DNA of 64,000 bases, taken from NCBI GenBank assembly GCA_965227775.1, contig OZ245777.1, positions 2,848,001 through 2,912,000 on the forward strand, read 5' to 3'. The DNA is from Phycisphaerales bacterium. GTDB lineage: Bacteria; Planctomycetota; Phycisphaerae; Phycisphaerales; UBA1924. A program made the translations under genes and the position numbers. Under the pieces are notes generated by a model, which saw only the letters and a list, made by a program, of their open reading frames with translations, did no database searches and was not told the DNA's origin. Below are positions 58,608-64,000 of this stretch, piece by piece; positions within the stretch are counted from its first letter, which is position 1, and each line of letters opens with the position of its first letter.

Positions 58608-60331
58608 ATGTCTTGATCGGCCTCTTCGTCGACCGGAGCTGGAACGGGCGAAGACCAATCTCGTCTACCGGCCAAGCGATCGCGGAACTGCGCCTCGGCG
58701 CGGCGTTCTTCGACGAGTTGGAGGTCAAGCCGCAGCGGGACGATCACGCTGAACATCGAGCCGCGCCCGATGTCTGACACGAGTTGGATCTCGCACTGCA
58801 GCACGCCGGCGAGCTCTCGGGCGATCGCAAGGCCCAACCCGGTGCCCGCATGCTCACGCGTTCGGCTGGCATCGACCTGGGTGAACTTCTCGAATACGCG
58901 TTCCTGGTCTTCGGGCGAGATGCCAGGACCGTTGTCGATGACGCTGATGCGAACGCGGTCGACGCCGCCGGCATCCGACAAACGCTCGGCTCGTAGCTCG
59001 ACGCGCATCGGGCCGGTTGAGCCCGGCGCGCCGGTGAACTTGACTGCGTTTGAAAGGAAGTTGAAGACGACCTGCTGGAGCTTCTTTGGGTCGGTCTCGA
59101 TGAGCGGCAGGTCTCGCTCGACGTGCTGCACGAGTTCGATCTGGCGGCGCTGGGCAAGGGGGTCGACCAGGCCGACCAACGTTTCGCACAGCGCTGGCAC
59201 GCTGACGGGTTGGACGTGCAGCTCGAATCGGCCGGCCTCGAGCTTGGCCATTTCCAGCAGGCCGTTGATCATCTCCAGCAGATCGCGGCCGGCGGTGTGG
59301 ATGTATTGGAGGTATCGCATGCGCTTGGCACGCTGCTCGGGTGTTTCGGGCACGCCCTGCTGGCTCGACTGGGCGATCTCGAGGAGGAGTTCGGCAAAGC
59401 CGTTGATGGAGTTCAGCGGTGTGCGCAGCTCGTGGCTGACGTTCGCGAGGAAGTCGCTCTTGAGGCGGTTGGCATCGAAGAGGATCTTGTTAGCCTCAGC
59501 CAGCTCGCTCACGCGGCTCTCGAGTGCGCTGCCGGCGGCGCGGAGGCGCTGCTCGTTGGCCTGGAGCGCGATGAGCATGGCGTTGAAGGCGTTGGCGAGT
59601 TCCTCGAACTCGTCGTGCGTCGAGACCTCCACGCGATGGGCGAGGTCGCCCTCACGGACGCGATCGGCGGCGCGCCGGAGCACCTCGACGGGCTTCAGGA
59701 TGATGCGGTGCAGCAGCAGGTAGAACAGCGTGACGGCGACCGCAAGGACGGCGGCGCCGGCGTTGAGCAGGTAGATCGCGTTGACCGCCATCAGCCACGC
59801 CGCGCCCTCGGCTGGGCGCTCGAGCGTGATGATGCCCAGGAGTTCGCCGGGTGCTGAGGGCTGGTCCGGATCGTCGGACGGGATGGACGGGCCGCGGACG
59901 GCGCGGGCGTATCGCTCGGTGCGCTCGGTGCGGGTGAGGATGCCCGACTCGTATCGCCAGTCATGATCGCGGAGCTCGGGTTTCGGCTGGCCTTCACGCG
60001 TAAACCGATCCAGGGCTCGGCGGAGGAATCGGTCGTCTTCGGCGCGATCACGGGCCGACTCGACGGTGTGCCACGTTGCAACGATGCCCAGGCGGTCGGT
60101 GGGCTCGCCGGGCGGGGGCAGGTCTCCGCCGCCGGCGGCGCGCCAGCTCTCGACCTTCTGGCGGCTGAGCTGGAGCTCTCCGCTGGTGACCAGCGCGCTC
60201 ATGCGTAGCCACGCGACGCCAAGGGCGATGACGATGATGAGCACGAGCGCGGCCCCGAACAGGACCAGCGCCTTATCGGCCAGCGCGAGGCGACGGATGC
60301 GGTCGAAGATGGCGCTGGCCAGCTTGAACAT
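58604..60331 (-). CDS. HAMP-domain sensor histidine kinase
   Basis: Two TMs, HAMP, SHELRTPL, NFLSNAVKFT, DNGPGI, GTGLGL. Confidence 0.93.
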   Translation of the reverse strand: MFKLASAIFDRIRRLALADKALVLFGAALVLIIVIALGVAWLRMSALVTSGELQLSRQKVESWRAAGGGDLPPPGEPTDRLGIVATWHTVESARDRAEDDRFLRRALDRFTREGQPKPELRDHDWRYESGILTRTERTERYARAVRGPSIPSDDPDQPSAPGELLGIITLERPAEGAAWLMAVNAIYLLNAGAAVLAVAVTLFYLLLHRIILKPVEVLRRAADRVREGDLAHRVEVSTHDEFEELANAFNAMLIALQANEQRLRAAGSALESRVSELAEANKILFDANRLKSDFLANVSHELRTPLNSINGFAELLLEIAQSSQQGVPETPEQRAKRMRYLQYIHTAGRDLLEMINGLLEMAKLEAGRFELHVQPVSVPALCETLVGLVDPLAQRRQIELVQHVERDLPLIETDPKKLQQVVFNFLSNAVKFTGAPGSTGPMRVELRAERLSDAGGVDRVRISVIDNGPGISPEDQERVFEKFTQVDASRTREHAGTGLGLAIARELAGVLQCEIQLVSDIGRGSMFSVIVPLRLDLQLVEERRAEAQFRDRLAGRRDWSSPVPAPVDEEADQDI

Positions 60332-60383
60332 GGGCGGCCCATGGTAGTTCGGGAGGCGGGCGGGCCGCGTACGATCTCCGCCT

Positions 60384-62021
60384 ATGCCTCGCGTGTACCT
60401 CGAGACCTTCGGCTGCCAGATGAACGAATTGGACAGCGAGCTGGTGGCCGGCCGGCTGGCCCAGCTTGGCTATGCCATGACGCGCGAGGCCGACCAAGCC
60501 GACGTCCTGCTCTATAACACCTGCTCGGTGCGTGAGCAAGCCGAGCAGAAGGTGTGGAGCCGGCTAGGCGAGCTCAAGAAGACCAAGAAGTCCAAGCCCG
60601 GTTTGGTGGTGGGCGTGCTCGGCTGCATGGCCGAGCGCGATGGCGCCGACCTGATGAAGCGGATGCCCGTGGTCGACATCATGTGCGGACCGGGCGAACT
60701 CGACAAGCTGCCGGAACTGCTCGATAACGCGGTACGAACGCGTGCATCGCTAAACGGTGATCAATCGGCCTGCCAGGCGGCTTTGCAGGGAAATACGAGC
60801 CGGCGGAGCGCAACGCTCGCTGCTGCCGAGGATCAACTGGAATTGCTCGACCTTTCTCGGGCGATCTCGCCGGTCGATGCCGATGGCAGCCACCGCAGCG
60901 CGTATGTCCGCATCACGCGAGGCTGCAACAAGTTCTGTACCTACTGCGTGGTGCCGTTCACGCGGGGGGCCGAGATCCACCGTCCGCCAGAGCACATCAT
61001 CAAAGAGTGCAAGCGGTTGGCCGACGCGGGTGTGGTGGAGATCACGCTGCTGGGCCAGACGGTGAACCACTACCGCTTCGAGCACGGTGCCTCGGTCAGT
61101 GTGGGCGGCGTGACGCAGCCGCAGAAGGGGCGGACTTACAGGGGCAGCCACCATCGCGACGCGTTCGCGGGCGAGCGCGTGACGACCTTCGCCGACCTGT
61201 TGCACCAGATTCACGAGCAAGTGCCTGGCATCCAGCGCTTGCGCTTCGTGACGAGCTACCCGCGCGACTTTGGCAACGACGTGCTGGAGGTCATGCGCGA
61301 TAGCGAGCGGATCTGCCGCTACCTGCACGTCCCAGCACAGAGTGGCAGCGATACCGTGCTCAAGCGGATGAACCGTGGATACACGGTGGGCGAGTATCTC
61401 GAGTTCCTCGACCGTGCCCGGCAGTTCTTGCACCAGCCAGAAATCGGCCGCCCGCTCATGCTCAGCGGGGACATCATCGTGGGCTTCCCGGGCGAGACCG
61501 ACGAGGACTACTGCGGCACCGTGCGTCTCTTGGAACAATCGCGATACAAGAACTGCTTCATCTTCAAGTACTCGCCCAGGCCAGGAACTGTCGCGTACGA
61601 CCGGATCCCTGACGATGTGCCAGACGCGGTGAAGCGTGAACGGAACAACCACCTGCTAGCCGTGCAGGCGCGCATCGGCGAGGAGATCGGCCGCGAGCAG
61701 ATTGGGCAGACGTTTGACGTGCTCGTTGAGGGGCTGAGCCAGAAGCAGCTCAAGAGCTCTGGGCTCACCAACGCCGCACGCAAGCCTCGAACCATCGAGG
61801 TCACCATCGGCGGGTCGGCGGTCGCAACGGCACCGGTCGTCGAGGACGAAGCCCAAGGTGACGGCCCCGTGCAGGTGACCGGGCGGAGCGACGGTGACCT
61901 CATCATCCACTTCGATGCGCACGATGCGGCGCATGCAAGGAGCCTGATCGGTCGGATCGTGCCTGTCGAGGTGGTTTCGGCGAGTGGGTTGAGCCTGGGC
62001 GGGCGGCTGGCTGTTGATTGA
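60384..62021 (+). CDS. miaB: tRNA-2-methylthio-N6-dimethylallyladenosine synthase
   Basis: TFGCQMN, NTCSVRE, GCMA, CNKFCTYC, DIIVGFPGET, YSPRPGT. Confidence 0.92.
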   Translation: MPRVYLETFGCQMNELDSELVAGRLAQLGYAMTREADQADVLLYNTCSVREQAEQKVWSRLGELKKTKKSKPGLVVGVLGCMAERDGADLMKRMPVVDIMCGPGELDKLPELLDNAVRTRASLNGDQSACQAALQGNTSRRSATLAAAEDQLELLDLSRAISPVDADGSHRSAYVRITRGCNKFCTYCVVPFTRGAEIHRPPEHIIKECKRLADAGVVEITLLGQTVNHYRFEHGASVSVGGVTQPQKGRTYRGSHHRDAFAGERVTTFADLLHQIHEQVPGIQRLRFVTSYPRDFGNDVLEVMRDSERICRYLHVPAQSGSDTVLKRMNRGYTVGEYLEFLDRARQFLHQPEIGRPLMLSGDIIVGFPGETDEDYCGTVRLLEQSRYKNCFIFKYSPRPGTVAYDRIPDDVPDAVKRERNNHLLAVQARIGEEIGREQIGQTFDVLVEGLSQKQLKSSGLTNAARKPRTIEVTIGGSAVATAPVVEDEAQGDGPVQVTGRSDGDLIIHFDAHDAAHARSLIGRIVPVEVVSASGLSLGGRLAVD

Positions 62022-62236
62022 CAGGACGCAGTGCCGTCCGCGAACGGACCCTCTTCGACTCTCTGGCGTTCCAGAACCCGTTCGATGCGGGGTGTCCTTG
62101 GCACCGCGCTCCTGTCGCTGCTGGTTTTGAGATTCCGTTTCCATATCCGGCCGAGATCGGGTACATTAACCGTCTGCACGGCATGCCGGTTGGTGAGTCA
62201 CGCCGACCCGGTGTTCTGCGGCAGGGAGGGCTGGTG

Positions 62237-64000
62237 ATGGGTTCTGGATCGATGCGTGCTGGATTGGCGTTAGTGCTCGTAGGTTTGGTGGCGGTGCTGT
62301 GGGGTGGCCAGCGGGCGATTGGGCAGCCGTGTGAGCCGGCATGGGCCGAGGGGGTGTTCGGCGTCAATGGAGTAAACGGTCGCATCTACGCCACTTCGGT
62401 GTTCGATGATGGCTCGGGCCCGGCCCTGTACGTCGCGGGTGATTTCACCGAGGCGGGTGGCGTGGCGGCTATCGATATTGCGCGCTGGGACGGTTCGGCC
62501 TGGTCACCGCTGAGCTCTGGAATGGACTCTCCGTTCGGAGGCGGAGCCACGGTCTTCGCGCTCGCAGTCTTTGACGACGGGTCGGGCTCAGCCTTGTACG
62601 CCGGCGGTCAATTTACTGTCGCCGGCGGCGAGTCGGTCAATCGCATCGCGCGTTGGGACGGCTCGGCCTGGTCACGCGTTGGTCTGGGCATGGGTCTGGG
62701 CTCGCTCCCTTCGGTTCAGGCTTTGACAGTGTTCGATGATGGCTCGGGTCCGGCGCTTTACGCGGGTGGTTCGTTCGGGACGGCTGGCACGGAGAGAGTG
62801 AACAACGTGGCTCGCTGGGACGGCTCGGATTGGACGCCGCTCGATTTCGGGGTGTCCCCTCCTCCACCGCTCGGCAACGGCACCGTGACGACGCTCGCCG
62901 TGTTCGATGACGGCACCGGGCCGGCGCTGTACGCGGGCGGATCGTTCGACACGGCAAGCGGGCAACCGGCGAGCAACGTGGCTCGTTGGGACGGCTCGGC
63001 GTGGTCGCCGCTGGGGTCCGGGGTCAACCGCACCGTCCAGTCCCTGGCAGTCTTTGACGATGGCGCTGGGCCGGCCTTGTACGCGGCCGGCCTGTTCCCC
63101 ATCGCCGGGGGGATCGAAGTGAACTACATCGCCCGATGGGACGGATCGGCGTGGTCGCCGGTGGGAACGGGCATGGAAGACTGGGTCTGGGATCTGACCG
63201 TCCTTGACGATGGCAGCGGCCCGGCGTTGTACGCCGGGGGCGACTTCACTATCGCTGGCGGTGTGGAGGCCACTGGATTGGCCCGCTGGGATGGCTCGGC
63301 CTGGTCGGCCGTTGGGTCTGGCATGAACGCAAGGGTGAACGACCTGGTCTCGTTCGATGATGGCTCGGGCGCGGCCATCTACGCGGCAGGCCAATTCTCC
63401 GCAGCCGGTGAGACCAGGGCTTTACGCATCGCCCGCTGGGACGGATCAGCGTGGACACCCATTGGAACCGGCCTGGACAGCGCGGTCCAAGCCCTGGCAG
63501 TCTTCGATGACGGATCGGGGGCAGGGCTGTACGCCGGTGGGAGACTGCGCGACGCGGACGGTCTGGAAACAAACGGCATCGCCCGATGGAACGGATCGGC
63601 GTGGTCGGCATTGGGGCTTGGCATCGACGGGGGTGTGTTCGACATGACAGCCTTCGATGACGGAAGCGGCCCTGCGCTGTACGCGGCAGGCGTCTTCAGC
63701 AGCGCGGGCTCCGTTCCTGCCAATTCCATCGCACGGTGGGACGGCGCCACATGGTCGCCTCTGGGCGCCGGACTCACCAGAGAGTCTTTCGTGGTGTACG
63801 CCGTGGAAGTCTTCGACGACGGCACGGGCCCGGCCCTGTACGCCGCGGGAGACTTTTCGAGGGCCGGCAGCGTGCGCGTCGAACGGATCGCGCGATGGAA
63901 CGGCATCTCCTGGGAGCCTCTTGGCCAAGGGCTGAGCGCGGTCGTCTTTGACCTAGCCGTCTTCGACTATGGCTCAGGTCCAGCCCTGTACGCAGCCGGT
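62237..64000 (+). CDS. secreted tandem-repeat (beta-propeller-like) protein, truncated by the window end
   Basis: Absent from the ORF track because it has no stop codon; GGGAGG RBS, signal peptide, 11 in-frame repeats of VFDDGSGPALYAGGxF...IARWDGSAWSPLG. Confidence 0.88.
   Translation, partial: MGSGSMRAGLALVLVGLVAVLWGGQRAIGQPCEPAWAEGVFGVNGVNGRIYATSVFDDGSGPALYVAGDFTEAGGVAAIDIARWDGSAWSPLSSGMDSPFGGGATVFALAVFDDGSGSALYAGGQFTVAGGESVNRIARWDGSAWSRVGLGMGLGSLPSVQALTVFDDGSGPALYAGGSFGTAGTERVNNVARWDGSDWTPLDFGVSPPPPLGNGTVTTLAVFDDGTGPALYAGGSFDTASGQPASNVARWDGSAWSPLGSGVNRTVQSLAVFDDGAGPALYAAGLFPIAGGIEVNYIARWDGSAWSPVGTGMEDWVWDLTVLDDGSGPALYAGGDFTIAGGVEATGLARWDGSAWSAVGSGMNARVNDLVSFDDGSGAAIYAAGQFSAAGETRALRIARWDGSAWTPIGTGLDSAVQALAVFDDGSGAGLYAGGRLRDADGLETNGIARWNGSAWSALGLGIDGGVFDMTAFDDGSGPALYAAGVFSSAGSVPANSIARWDGATWSPLGAGLTRESFVVYAVEVFDDGTGPALYAAGDFSRAGSVRVERIARWNGISWEPLGQGLSAVVFDLAVFDYGSGPALYAAG
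62402..64000 (+). repeat. degenerate coding tandem repeats, 150-171 bp period
   Basis: FDDG-type codons start at 62402, 62570, 62732, 62903, 63053, 63203, 63353, 63503, 63653, 63812 and 63962, all in one frame. Confidence 0.9.

Noticed and set aside
62402..64000. Periodic DNA repeats as a CRISPR array
   Set aside because: The repeats are degenerate, in frame and protein-coding, with a 150-171 bp period; no cas genes

Overview
GC-rich bacterial chromosomal window. Gene content and style suggest Planctomycetota, probably Phycisphaerae (inference only: DUF1844, fibro-slime protein, futalosine-pathway mqnB, Bacillus-type sdhCAB, FDDGSG/ARWDG repeat protein). It is mostly housekeeping: asnB-like, queF/queC/queE, ychF, murA, hpf-ptsN-HPr, an RND pump, degP, trmB, a giant AsmA-like protein, pilM/N/O/B, arsR-arsC-acr3-arsM, rpoN, a Cu ATPase, birA, nadC, fabI, sdhCAB and miaB. 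The standout is non-coding: a tRNA-Arg(CCU) gene (6187-6562) split by a 302-nt group I intron after the anticodon. The intron has an Azoarcus/IC3-like core plus extra P7.1/P7.2 hairpins, and a second formal splice register that would give anticodon CCG. Two promoter grammars recur: TAnnnT boxes 5-9 nt before start codons (leaderless-like), and sigma28-like G(C/T)CGATnn boxes, four of them exactly 7 nt before the start codon. A long repeat-protein gene missing from the ORF track runs off the right end. No CRISPR array, transposase or integrase was seen. All calls come from reading motifs by eye; no database searches were run.
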